From NCBI GenBank assembly GCA_937996685.1, contig CALKUP010000001.1:45322-109321 (forward strand): a stretch of DNA of 64,000 nucleotides, written 5' to 3'. Both the position numbers and the translations under genes were made by a program. Positions 40,568-48,869 of the stretch are shown here, one piece after another. The notes under the pieces were generated by a model. The model searched no databases. It was given only the letters and a program-made list of their open reading frames with translations, and was not told the DNA's origin. The DNA is from an uncultured bacterium. Lineage in GTDB: Bacteria > Patescibacteriota > Patescibacteriia > UBA9570 > XYC2-FULL-38-9. How positions within the stretch are numbered: the first letter of the stretch is position 1; the number at the start of each line of letters is the position of its first letter.

Positions 40568-41289
40568 CAACTGCTGCAGATATCAAAAACGCCCTTGCTG
40601 CACAAGCGTCGCCAGAAAAAGCCGCGAAGTCGATGTGGTTTTTTAAAACAGGCAAAGGGGAATATAGCGCGCACGATCAATTCATTGGTGTGACTGTCCC
40701 GGAGCAGCGCGCTATCGCAAAGCAGTTTCGAGATGCGTCGATGACGGTGCTCGCGCAATTACTGAAATCAAAAATCCACGAACATCGCTTAACAGCGCTG
40801 ATTATTTTGACTGATCGTTTTCCAAAAGCTGACAGCGAAACAAAGCAGGCAATCTATGATTTTTACATGAGTCACATACAGGCTGTGAACAATTGGGACT
40901 TGGTTGATACATCTGCTGGAAAAATTGTTGGCGGATTTTTATATACAGAATCTCGCGCAGAGCAAAAGCGCGTTCTTCTGAAGCTCGCACGAAGTCGTGA
41001 TCTGTGGGAGCAACGGATTGCGATCATTGCAACGCAGTATTTTATCGCACACGATGATTTTGTTTGGACGCAAACAATTGCAGATATGCTGATGAATCAT
41101 CCGCATGACTTGATTCATAAAGCAACGGGCTGGATGCTGCGTGAAATGGGGAAGCGCGGTGGTGACGATATTTTGGAAACGTATTTGAAATCGCGATACA
41201 CAACAATGCCGCGAACGATGTTGCGGTATGCGATTGAGCGTTTACCAGAAACGCGCCGAAAGCAGTATTTACACGGAACTATTTCGTAG
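40564..41289 (+). CDS. DNA alkylation repair protein, AlkD/AlkC HEAT-like family
   Basis: N-terminus AAQASPEKAAKSMWFFKTGKGEYSAHDQFIGVTVPEQRAIAKQF follows the AlkD pattern. It overlaps the NUDIX stop by 4 nt. Confidence 0.65.
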   Translation: MTTAADIKNALAAQASPEKAAKSMWFFKTGKGEYSAHDQFIGVTVPEQRAIAKQFRDASMTVLAQLLKSKIHEHRLTALIILTDRFPKADSETKQAIYDFYMSHIQAVNNWDLVDTSAGKIVGGFLYTESRAEQKRVLLKLARSRDLWEQRIAIIATQYFIAHDDFVWTQTIADMLMNHPHDLIHKATGWMLREMGKRGGDDILETYLKSRYTTMPRTMLRYAIERLPETRRKQYLHGTIS

Positions 41290-41767
41290 TTTTTTTTGAC
41301 CAGGCTGCAAATTCATCCATGGATTTTTCCATGCTCGGTTCAAAGCTGATTTTAGCGGCTGCGGTGCTGATGCCGCTAATAAGCGTCAGGATCATTTTCA
41401 TACTTAATGAAACGCCGTAGCAGACAATATGTGCTGACATTTCATGGTTCGCAGTTTCAGCGTAGAGCTTGATCGCTTCTTTGGTTGGAAATTCACTGTC
41501 ATCAATTTGAGAAAAGTCTGCAATCGCAAACAACGGGTGGCCAGCTTTTTTGTAGGCGTCAAGACAAGAGTCACGCAACCACTCCGCTTCTTTCACGGTA
41601 ATTTCATCATTCCACGTTGGTTTGCCAAAGTGGATATGGATGAGATTTTTTTCCGGAAACCAACTAATAATATTATCAAGTTGTTCGTAAAAATAATATT
41701 CAACCGCACCATCAGGATTTGCGCAGTGTGTGCATTTGAGTTGTTGAATAACTGTTGCTTTATCCAT
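41279..41767 (-). CDS. hypothetical protein
   Basis: 162-aa ORF with no recognised motif. It is convergent with alkD and overlaps it slightly. Confidence 0.4.
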   Translation of the reverse strand: MDKATVIQQLKCTHCANPDGAVEYYFYEQLDNIISWFPEKNLIHIHFGKPTWNDEITVKEAEWLRDSCLDAYKKAGHPLFAIADFSQIDDSEFPTKEAIKLYAETANHEMSAHIVCYGVSLSMKMILTLISGISTAAAKISFEPSMEKSMDEFAAWSKKTTK

Positions 41768-41812
41768 AGGTATTTACACTACCATTCATTCTAAAAGGGG
41801 GCAAACACGATC

Positions 41813-42796
41813 TTATTCTTCCTCTGAATAGGAGTTGCTGCGACTCGCGCGTTTTTTCCCAAACAGTTGGGTTGCGCTCGCTCTGCCGCCGTTATACACA
41901 AACAACACAATCGCAGAAGCGACAATCGGGAGGTGTCCGAGGACTTCGTGAGGCCCGAGAATAGTTGCGGTAATTCCAAAGACTACGGCAATAGCAACAA
42001 GTGTTGGGCGAACAAGAATGCCAGTGAAGAGGAGTGTTCCAAGCAAGAGTTCTGTCATGCCGGCAGACAAAATAAATAAACGATCAGAAAACCAGTCAAA
42101 GCCGTAGAGTTCCATGAAATTCCAATTGTGTTCTGTTAAAAAGGCGGCGGACAGGCCGGGGTGAAATAATTTTTCTGATAAGGCAAGAGTGATAAAAGAA
42201 ATTCCGGCGGTCACACGAATAGCAGTGACGCTATAACCAGCAAAACGATGCAGTGGATTTTTTGTTCCGCCGTCTTGAATAAAAATAGCCAGTCCAATAC
42301 CAAAGACATGCGCGTGTTCAAGAAGTTCAAGAATCCCAAACTGCCAGGCTGTTGCGATATATCCCGCCATAAGCAATAAGCTTGCAATTCGAACAAAAAA
42401 TCCGGTAATAAATAAAATACCCGCAACCAGTAGTCCGCCGCGAATCACTTGTGTAACAATGTCAGAGACAGGAAACACAGGCGCGATGATGCTATTATCG
42501 ATGCTGCTGATAATGAGCCATAGACCAACCATTGCTTGAAAGAGCCGAGAAATACTCGCGCTCCACCGTTTGCGATTGCGGCCCTTTGGTGTGAAGCGTT
42601 TATCAAGAAAAAAGCCGCATAATACAATGGCTGCGATAATAAAAATCCAGACAACAACGGCGGATTCTGTTACATCAAATGGCTCAATTGCAACTTCTTT
42701 TTCAGCAAACCATTTCACGTGCGCGCTGGCTGCGATTGGCAGCGCTGCAGCAAGTGTTGTCATTATTGCGGTGACAAAAGGTGCGCGATGTTTCAT
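41813..42796 (-). CDS. polytopic membrane protein (hypothetical, DoxX-like segments)
   Basis: Signal-like N-terminus and at least eight hydrophobic helices; 327 aa. Confidence 0.5.
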   Translation of the reverse strand: MKHRAPFVTAIMTTLAAALPIAASAHVKWFAEKEVAIEPFDVTESAVVVWIFIIAAIVLCGFFLDKRFTPKGRNRKRWSASISRLFQAMVGLWLIISSIDNSIIAPVFPVSDIVTQVIRGGLLVAGILFITGFFVRIASLLLMAGYIATAWQFGILELLEHAHVFGIGLAIFIQDGGTKNPLHRFAGYSVTAIRVTAGISFITLALSEKLFHPGLSAAFLTEHNWNFMELYGFDWFSDRLFILSAGMTELLLGTLLFTGILVRPTLVAIAVVFGITATILGPHEVLGHLPIVASAIVLFVYNGGRASATQLFGKKRASRSNSYSEEE

Positions 42797-43101
42797 AAAG
42801 CGTTTTCAATAGCGGCTTTCCAGCGCTTGCGTGACCACACAGAAAAATGGTGAATAACACCTTCTGTGTCGTGAACCCAAATCCCATGACTAAATAGTCC
42901 GAGATTATTGCGATAGCTGACTTGGGTGATGTTCGATAATGCAATTTCAAAATCGTACTGTTTAAAATTGTGCAGATGCGCAATAAAGACCAGGCGTTGA
43001 TTTGTGAGAAAAAGCTTCCCAATCATTAAGGTTTTGTCAATGTAATGATTGGCTTCTGTTTCGCGAAGTAAGACTTCGTTTGTGAGGAGAGTGAGTTTCA
43101 T
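42793..43101 (-). CDS. bacterial PH/GRAM-like domain protein
   Basis: 102 aa. LTNQRLVFIAHLHNFKQYDFEIALSNITQVSY resembles the YokE/bPH fold pattern. It has a 4-nt overlap with the downstream membrane protein. Confidence 0.4.
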   Translation of the reverse strand: MKLTLLTNEVLLRETEANHYIDKTLMIGKLFLTNQRLVFIAHLHNFKQYDFEIALSNITQVSYRNNLGLFSHGIWVHDTEGVIHHFSVWSRKRWKAAIENAL

Positions 43102-43191
43102 ACGTTGTATCTATTGTAGTCCTGAAAACGGTGAATTTCAAGGGGTGGGCCCTATTTGTGAATGCTGCCCATTCTCATATATAATCATTCT

Positions 43192-43614
43192 ATGAATATT
43201 ACTCTTCTTTCTATTGGAAAAACGAGCCTTGCGGGGTGTACTGAAACAGAGCAGGTATACATAAAGCGATTGCAGGGGTTGTTTCGTGTGCAGACGCAGT
43301 ATGTCAAAACAGAAAAGGATTTTCTTGAGATTGTGCAAAAACATCAAGGTGTTGTTGTGCTGTTAGATGAAGGCGGACTGCAGATGAATTCACATGAATT
43401 CGCAGCATATATGGAGTCGATGTTGCTGCGCACACAGCATGTATTGTTAGTGATTGGGGATGCTGCGGGACTGCCGGCAGAATTGCGTGCAGCAGGACAC
43501 GCGGTCATTGGATTATCGCCACTAACATTTCCGCATGATATTGCGCGGGTTGTATTGCTAGAGCAGTTATATCGCGCGCAAACAATCATTCAAAACCATC
43601 CATACCACAAATAA
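43192..43614 (+). CDS. rlmH: 23S rRNA (pseudouridine1915-N3)-methyltransferase
   Basis: MNITLLSIGK... and the C-terminal ...EQLYRAQTIIQNHPYHK are typical of the SPOUT RlmH/YbeA family. Confidence 0.75.
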   Translation: MNITLLSIGKTSLAGCTETEQVYIKRLQGLFRVQTQYVKTEKDFLEIVQKHQGVVVLLDEGGLQMNSHEFAAYMESMLLRTQHVLLVIGDAAGLPAELRAAGHAVIGLSPLTFPHDIARVVLLEQLYRAQTIIQNHPYHK

Positions 43615-43678
43615 AATCGTTTGATTGTTTGTCTTTTCTGTGGTATAATACAGTCTCCAATTGAGATAATCTATTTTT

Positions 43679-44545
43679 ATGGTAACAACTGCTGTTATTC
43701 CAGTCGCAGGTCTCGGTACTCGTTTCTTGCCGCAAACAAAATCTGTCCCAAAAGAGTTGCTTCCCGTCGTTGATAAGCCAGTTATTCAGTATATTGTTGA
43801 AGAGGCGGTTGCGAGTGGTTTAACAAACATTATTTTTGTATTGTCCCCAGATAAAGAGGCGATTCGCGGCCACTTTTTTGAAAATGTAAAATTACAAGAT
43901 GAGTTAGTCAAAAAAGGAAAGCATACAGAACTCGCAACAATTTCTTCTTTGCATTCAATGGCAACGTTTCATTATGCAATTCAAGAAGAGCCACGTGGAC
44001 TTGGTGATGCGATTTTGAAAGCTCGTCCATTTATTCCAGAAGGTGAGGCGTGTGTTGTGTTTGGTGGTGATGATATTGTAGAAGGTGATGTGCCAGCAGC
44101 AAAACAGCTGATGGATGTGTATGAGCAATATCACGCGCCAGTCATTGGTGTAACAAATGTTGCAAAAGAAGATGTGGTTCGATATGGGATCATTGATCCA
44201 AAAGAATCATTAGACAATGCAGTGTTTTCATTGGATACCATCGTTGAAAAACCAGCTGTTGCAGATGCTCCGTCAACGCTTGGGGTTGGTGGTCGTTGGT
44301 TGATTACCGCTGATGTCCTTGATGAACTTGCGCGGACTCCAGAAGATGCGAGTGGTGAAATTCAAATCACAAAAGCTTTACAAACATTGGCTGAAACACA
44401 AACATTGTACGCAAAACAATATGAGGGTGTCTATCGTGATTGTGGAAATAAAATTGAGTATTTGAAAACGGTTATTACTTTTGCGTTAAAAAATCCAGAG
44501 ACACGTGATCAAATCGCTTCTTATATTCGACAACTTGATATATAA
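43679..44545 (+). CDS. galU: UTP--glucose-1-phosphate uridylyltransferase
   Basis: AVIPVAGLGTRFLPQTKSVPKELLPVVDKPVIQYIVEEA is the GalU signature. Confidence 0.85.
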   Translation: MVTTAVIPVAGLGTRFLPQTKSVPKELLPVVDKPVIQYIVEEAVASGLTNIIFVLSPDKEAIRGHFFENVKLQDELVKKGKHTELATISSLHSMATFHYAIQEEPRGLGDAILKARPFIPEGEACVVFGGDDIVEGDVPAAKQLMDVYEQYHAPVIGVTNVAKEDVVRYGIIDPKESLDNAVFSLDTIVEKPAVADAPSTLGVGGRWLITADVLDELARTPEDASGEIQITKALQTLAETQTLYAKQYEGVYRDCGNKIEYLKTVITFALKNPETRDQIASYIRQLDI

Positions 44546-44552
44546 TTATTTC

Positions 44553-45941
44553 ATGAAACGCTTTCGAGCATTGCTTACTCACACTCGGTCACGCGCCGCG
44601 CTGCTTGCTGTTATTTTGTTGTCGACACTTTCTTTGTCTGGCGCAAGTTGTGGCGGCACAGCGCTAACTGCCCCAGACCCGGTTGTATTAAAAGTATGGC
44701 GCTCAGAAGACAGTCAAGAAAATTTCCAAGCAGCAATGACTGCGTACACTGCGCAGTATCCACATGTGTCGTTTGAATATCGCGTCTTTCAACCAGAGGA
44801 GTATGAAGCGGCGCTGCTGTCTGCCTGGGCAAAGGGAGAGGGGCCGGACATTTTTTCTATTCCAAATAATGAAGTTGGCAATTTTCAGCAGTACATTGCG
44901 CCGATGCCAAAAAATGCATCATTTGCATATTCGTATACAAAAAAATCATTTGGCCGCACACAAACTGTCGTTGCGCAGCGTGATGTGACATTTTTAGTTC
45001 CGTCACAAATTCGTGATCAGTTTGCTCCAGCGGTTGGTTCTGATGTGATCATTGATAATGCTGTATATGGTTTGCCATATGCGCTTGATACAATGGTGTT
45101 GTATTACAACCGCGACATGCTTTCAAAAGCGCAGGTAGCTGTTCCGCCCGCAACCTGGGAAGACTATCGAAATGCCGTGCAAACAATCACACGTCGTGAT
45201 GAACAAAAAAATATTTTGCAAGCCGGGGGTTCAATTGGCACAGCCAATAATGTCCCGTATTTTTTCGATATTATTTCAGCGATCATGATGCAAAATGGCA
45301 CACAAATGGTGACGCCGTCTGGTCAAGTTGCCTTTGCTGAGGAGGTTAATGGAAATTTACGTGGTGCGGAAACAGTTGATTTTTACACAAAGTTTGCCAA
45401 TCCAGAGTGGCAAACGTACACATGGAATGCAACAGAGCCTGATAGTCGTTCAGCATTTATTGACGGCCGGACTGCCTTATTTTTTGGCTACGGACGTGAT
45501 CAAAAACGCATTCAACAACAAGCGCCAAATTTAAATTTTTCTTATAGCGCTTTACCGCAAATTGATTTGAATAATCGTGTTGATTATGCGTCCTACATGG
45601 TTGAAGTAGTGCATCTTGGATCAAAAAATCCAGAACATGCGTGGAATTTTATTCAAACAATCGCAACAACAGACCAAGGAAAAGTGTTTGCGGATGCAAT
45701 TGGCAGAACGCCAGCTCGTTTAGTTGATATTGCTGCGTTAAAAGATGATCCAGATCGTGGTGTCTTTGCAAAATCAGCACTGACTGCTCGAACGTGGTAT
45801 CACGGACAAGATTCTGGAGCGGCGGTCGCAGCGTTTAAGGAGTTGGTGGAAAATGTGCTTGCAAAAACCGGAACTGTTCAAGATTTAGTGAATATTGCCG
45901 CGCAAAAAGTCGCGCTTTCATGGCAAGCAAAAACAGAATAA
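44553..45941 (+). CDS. ABC-transporter extracellular solute-binding protein, family 1 sugar-type, probable lipoprotein
   Basis: Signal peptide with a Cys-containing lipobox-like LSGASCGG. The family 1 SBP pattern is present. No cognate permease or ATPase is adjacent. Confidence 0.65.
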   Translation: MKRFRALLTHTRSRAALLAVILLSTLSLSGASCGGTALTAPDPVVLKVWRSEDSQENFQAAMTAYTAQYPHVSFEYRVFQPEEYEAALLSAWAKGEGPDIFSIPNNEVGNFQQYIAPMPKNASFAYSYTKKSFGRTQTVVAQRDVTFLVPSQIRDQFAPAVGSDVIIDNAVYGLPYALDTMVLYYNRDMLSKAQVAVPPATWEDYRNAVQTITRRDEQKNILQAGGSIGTANNVPYFFDIISAIMMQNGTQMVTPSGQVAFAEEVNGNLRGAETVDFYTKFANPEWQTYTWNATEPDSRSAFIDGRTALFFGYGRDQKRIQQQAPNLNFSYSALPQIDLNNRVDYASYMVEVVHLGSKNPEHAWNFIQTIATTDQGKVFADAIGRTPARLVDIAALKDDPDRGVFAKSALTARTWYHGQDSGAAVAAFKELVENVLAKTGTVQDLVNIAAQKVALSWQAKTE

Positions 45942-45945
45942 GTAT

Positions 45946-46980
45946 ATGAATAGGATTACTCGCTCATTGTTCTCTGTCCGCCTTCTTTCGCTGGCGCTAT
46001 TAGGGTTTGTAAGTCTTGCTGTATTTACACCAAGTGTTGCATATGCAGATCAGGAAAGTGATTGTATTTCAAGTTGTGAGTCTGCATTTCCATCTGCGAC
46101 ATATACTCCTGACCCAGGAGATCCAAGAACGCCTCAGCAACAGGCAAGTTACGATAATTACCACACGTGTGTGAATGCGTGCATTGACCAATTTGGAGAT
46201 CAAGCACAGGCCGCTGCAGACGCGAATCAGGCAGCTGCAGACGCCGCTGCGGCTGCGGCTGATGCATTAGGAAATGCCGCTGCAGACGGCGGCAATACAA
46301 CAACTGGCAATGGCGCGACAACACCAACTGTGACAAATCCAACAGGAGGAACTACGCCGTCAGGTAAAGTGACGAATCCTGGAGCAACTGCTGACAGGGC
46401 GTTGCCAACTCTTTTGCCAGAATGTGCAACAACAACCGGTTCTTGTGGAATTTGTGATGTATTTGCAATGTTTGGAAATATCGCTGAAATTTTACTCGAT
46501 CTTATTTCTGGAGTTGTTATTTTAATGGTGATTGTTGGTGGGTTCTTCTGGATTAGTTCTGCCGGGAGTTCTGATCGTATTGATCGTGGAAAGCAGATTT
46601 TGATCGGCGCATTTATGGGCTCTATCTTTGTGTTTGCTGGTTTTGTACTTGTAAATCTCACAATGATCGCGTTGCTGGGCGGCTCTGGAAAAGCTGGGAA
46701 CTATGGAATTGTATCGCCGTTTGGTAATACGGAATGGAACAAGATATGCTCTGAAACCTCTGCGGTTGTACCACCTGCCGTTAATAACACGGCGACCGGG
46801 CAAAATCCAGCCCCAGCTCCGGTGCCGGTACCAGCTGGGTCTACATGTTATATTTTAGCCTCAGGTGGAGATGGTCGGCCATGTAAAGAGTCCACGTGCA
46901 ATGACGTGAATACATGTGTGTGTAAAGGAGTTCTTGACCCATCCTCTGGTTCAACGAGTTATTCTTGTGTGGCAAAATAA
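45946..46980 (+). CDS. long Cys-rich paralog of the TrbC/VirB2-like pilin family
   Basis: Signal-anchor segment. The extracellular regions are Cys-rich (CISSCES...CVNACIDQF and a C-terminal CNDVNTCVCKG). The central core LISGVVILMVIVGGFFWISSAGSSDRIDRGKQILIGAFMGSIFVFAGFVL aligns with the four short paralogs downstream. Confidence 0.6.
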   Translation: MNRITRSLFSVRLLSLALLGFVSLAVFTPSVAYADQESDCISSCESAFPSATYTPDPGDPRTPQQQASYDNYHTCVNACIDQFGDQAQAAADANQAAADAAAAAADALGNAAADGGNTTTGNGATTPTVTNPTGGTTPSGKVTNPGATADRALPTLLPECATTTGSCGICDVFAMFGNIAEILLDLISGVVILMVIVGGFFWISSAGSSDRIDRGKQILIGAFMGSIFVFAGFVLVNLTMIALLGGSGKAGNYGIVSPFGNTEWNKICSETSAVVPPAVNNTATGQNPAPAPVPVPAGSTCYILASGGDGRPCKESTCNDVNTCVCKGVLDPSSGSTSYSCVAK

Positions 46981-47057
46981 AAACAAGCACCTTTTGTTCT
47001 GTAAAATTTAGTCAAAAATAGCATGACATTGCAGCATGTCGTAATGATTGATATAGT

Positions 47058-47435
47058 ATGCATATGAAAAAATATTTTCGTTTTATCGCAATTGGAGCTG
47101 CGGTGTTCTTGCCGGTAATGGTGCAAGCAGCAACAAACACAGCTTCATTAATCAACCCAATTGGCGGTTCAACAACCAGTCCAAACGGCGTGACTGATCC
47201 AAATGTGTTGATCGCAAACATCATTCGGTCTGTATTGGGCGTTGTTGCAGTAATCGCACTGGTGGTGATTATTTACGGCGGTGTTGAAATGTTGATTTCA
47301 GCGGGAAATGAAGAGCGCGTGAAACGTGGTCGCGATTCATTGATGTGGGCGTTTATTGGTTTATTGATTGTTTTTGGAAGTTACGCGATTATCCGAGCAG
47401 CGTTCCAGGTATTAGGAGGAGAGACAATTACATAA
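47058..47435 (+). CDS. TrbC/VirB2-like pilin-family small membrane protein, paralog 1
   Basis: Signal peptide (VQA-ATNT), then two TM helices joined by the conserved loop ISAGNEERVKRG; 125 aa. Confidence 0.65.
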   Translation: MHMKKYFRFIAIGAAVFLPVMVQAATNTASLINPIGGSTTSPNGVTDPNVLIANIIRSVLGVVAVIALVVIIYGGVEMLISAGNEERVKRGRDSLMWAFIGLLIVFGSYAIIRAAFQVLGGETIT

Positions 47436-47454
47436 ATACCATGTTTGCAGTATT

Positions 47455-47486
47455 AAAAAAACTCTTGGAAATCCCAAGAGTTTTTT
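47455..47486. terminator. bidirectional rho-independent terminator
   Basis: Perfect hairpin ctcttgg-aaatc-ccaagag flanked by A7 upstream and T6 downstream, between convergent pilin genes. Confidence 0.75.
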
Positions 47487-47503
47487 GTAGTATACGTAAG
47501 TTT

Positions 47504-47857
47504 TTAAATAAATTGACCAAAGAGCAATAAGATGCTGAAAGAAGAGAAAATGATAATAAGGCCAATAATTGCCCATAGCAAAATTTGTCGACCAGTTTTA
47601 ATTTTGTCTTCGTTGCCAGCAGATGTCAGGATAGTAAACCCAGCGTAAATAATGAGCACTAACGCAACAACAGCAAGAACGCCGAGGCCGCTTTTAATGA
47701 TATTAAAAATATAATCAAGCAAACTTGTTTTTGGGAGTCCTGCGCCAGAAGCAACTCTGCCACCTGGGTCAAAGTATTGGGATGGTGATTGCGCAAGGGC
47801 TTGCACTGGGCTGCCGAGAGCAAGAGCGCCGAGGACGAGAAAAAAGGCATTTTTCAT
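47504..47857 (-). CDS. TrbC/VirB2-like pilin-family small membrane protein, paralog 2
   Basis: Start MKNAFFLVLGALALGSPVQALA is a signal peptide. Core is FTILTSAGNEDKIKTGRQILLWAIIGLIIIF. Confidence 0.65.
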   Translation of the reverse strand: MKNAFFLVLGALALGSPVQALAQSPSQYFDPGGRVASGAGLPKTSLLDYIFNIIKSGLGVLAVVALVLIIYAGFTILTSAGNEDKIKTGRQILLWAIIGLIIIFSSFSILLLFGQFI

Positions 47858-47874
47858 AGAAATAGCGTATGTCA

Positions 47875-48258
47875 TTATTGTGCGCCAGAGCCAGTTGCGC
47901 TGCCGATAGTGCCGAATAAATAGAGTGTGATTCCCCATGAAGCAAGAACAATCACAAGGCCAATTGCCGCAGCTGCGAGTGTGCTCTTTGCGGTTTTGAT
48001 TTTGTCTTCATTACCAGCGGCGGTCATCCATGTAAACCCAGCCCATAAAAATAATCCTAATGCAACAAGTGCCAAAAAGCTGAGCGCAACGTTCAAGACG
48101 TTGCCGACAATTGTTGTTGGACTATTTGTTCCAAGTCCAGTTTTTCCAATATCTGCTTCTAAGGTAGAGCTGATAAATGGAGCAGCAAAGGTTTTTGTTG
48201 GAAGGGTTGTGACAAGTAATCCGCCTACTGCGTACAAAAGATTTTTTATTTTCATCAT
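47875..48258 (-). CDS. TrbC/VirB2-like pilin-family small membrane protein, paralog 3
   Basis: Signal peptide ...TKTFA-APF. Core is FTWMTAAGNEDKIKTAKSTLAAAAIGLVIVLASWGI. It lies 17 nt upstream of paralog 2 on the same strand. Confidence 0.65.
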   Translation of the reverse strand: MMKIKNLLYAVGGLLVTTLPTKTFAAPFISSTLEADIGKTGLGTNSPTTIVGNVLNVALSFLALVALGLFLWAGFTWMTAAGNEDKIKTAKSTLAAAAIGLVIVLASWGITLYLFGTIGSATGSGAQ

Positions 48259-48350
48259 ATGAAAAGAATTATATTTAGACGTTCAATTTATAAAATCCTA
48301 ACATAAAGGACTCTTTGCGTCTATTCTGTTCCTGTTATGTTGTAGAGTGT

Positions 48351-48379
48351 TTGGCAAAAGATTCGTCTCGTGCTATTCT
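48351..48379 (+). promoter_or_regulatory. putative sigma70-like promoter of pilin paralog 4, in a divergent intergenic region
   Basis: TTGGCA, a 17-nt spacer, then TATTCT, about 35 nt upstream of a strong SD (aaaggaggtg) and the ATG at 48415. Confidence 0.45.
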
Positions 48380-48414
48380 GCAAGTACATATTATTCCAGA
48401 AAGGAGGTGACGAC

Positions 48415-48792
48415 ATGAAGAAACTCGCACGATTATTATCATCATTTGGTTTCACAGCGATGGGCTTGCTTGCTGCAAATCCCGTTTCTGCGCAATTGAA
48501 GACCAGCTTTTCAGGTTCTGAAGTTCCAGCACTTGGAACTCGAACTCCACAAGCGATCATCGGACAAGTAATCAACGTAGCGCTTGGTTTCTTGGCATTC
48601 GTTGCTGTTATCCTTATCCTATATGGTGGTTTTTTGTGGATGACTGCTGCCGGAAATGAAGATCGCGTTGAACAAGCGAAGAAATTATTAACAGCCGCTA
48701 TTATCGGTTTGGTAATTATTTTAGCTGCTTGGGGAATTTCCCTGTACGCTATTGGTACTCTTGCAACCGCTACTGGAACATCTGTCAAATAA
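48415..48792 (+). CDS. TrbC/VirB2-like pilin-family small membrane protein, paralog 4
   Basis: Strong SD. Signal peptide ...ANPVSA-QLK. Core is FLWMTAAGNEDRVEQAKKLLTAAIIGLVIILAAWGI. Confidence 0.7.
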   Translation: MKKLARLLSSFGFTAMGLLAANPVSAQLKTSFSGSEVPALGTRTPQAIIGQVINVALGFLAFVAVILILYGGFLWMTAAGNEDRVEQAKKLLTAAIIGLVIILAAWGISLYAIGTLATATGTSVK

Positions 48793-48810
48793 AAAACAGA
48801 CCAGTCAAAA

Positions 48811-48840
48811 AGGCGTCCGTTTATCGGGCGTCTTTTTTTT
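48811..48840 (+). terminator. probable terminator after pilin paralog 4
   Basis: Imperfect hairpin ggcgtccg...cgggcgtc followed by T8. Confidence 0.45.
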
Positions 48841-48869
48841 ATTCCGATTGTTTGGTATTCTCTACAAGA

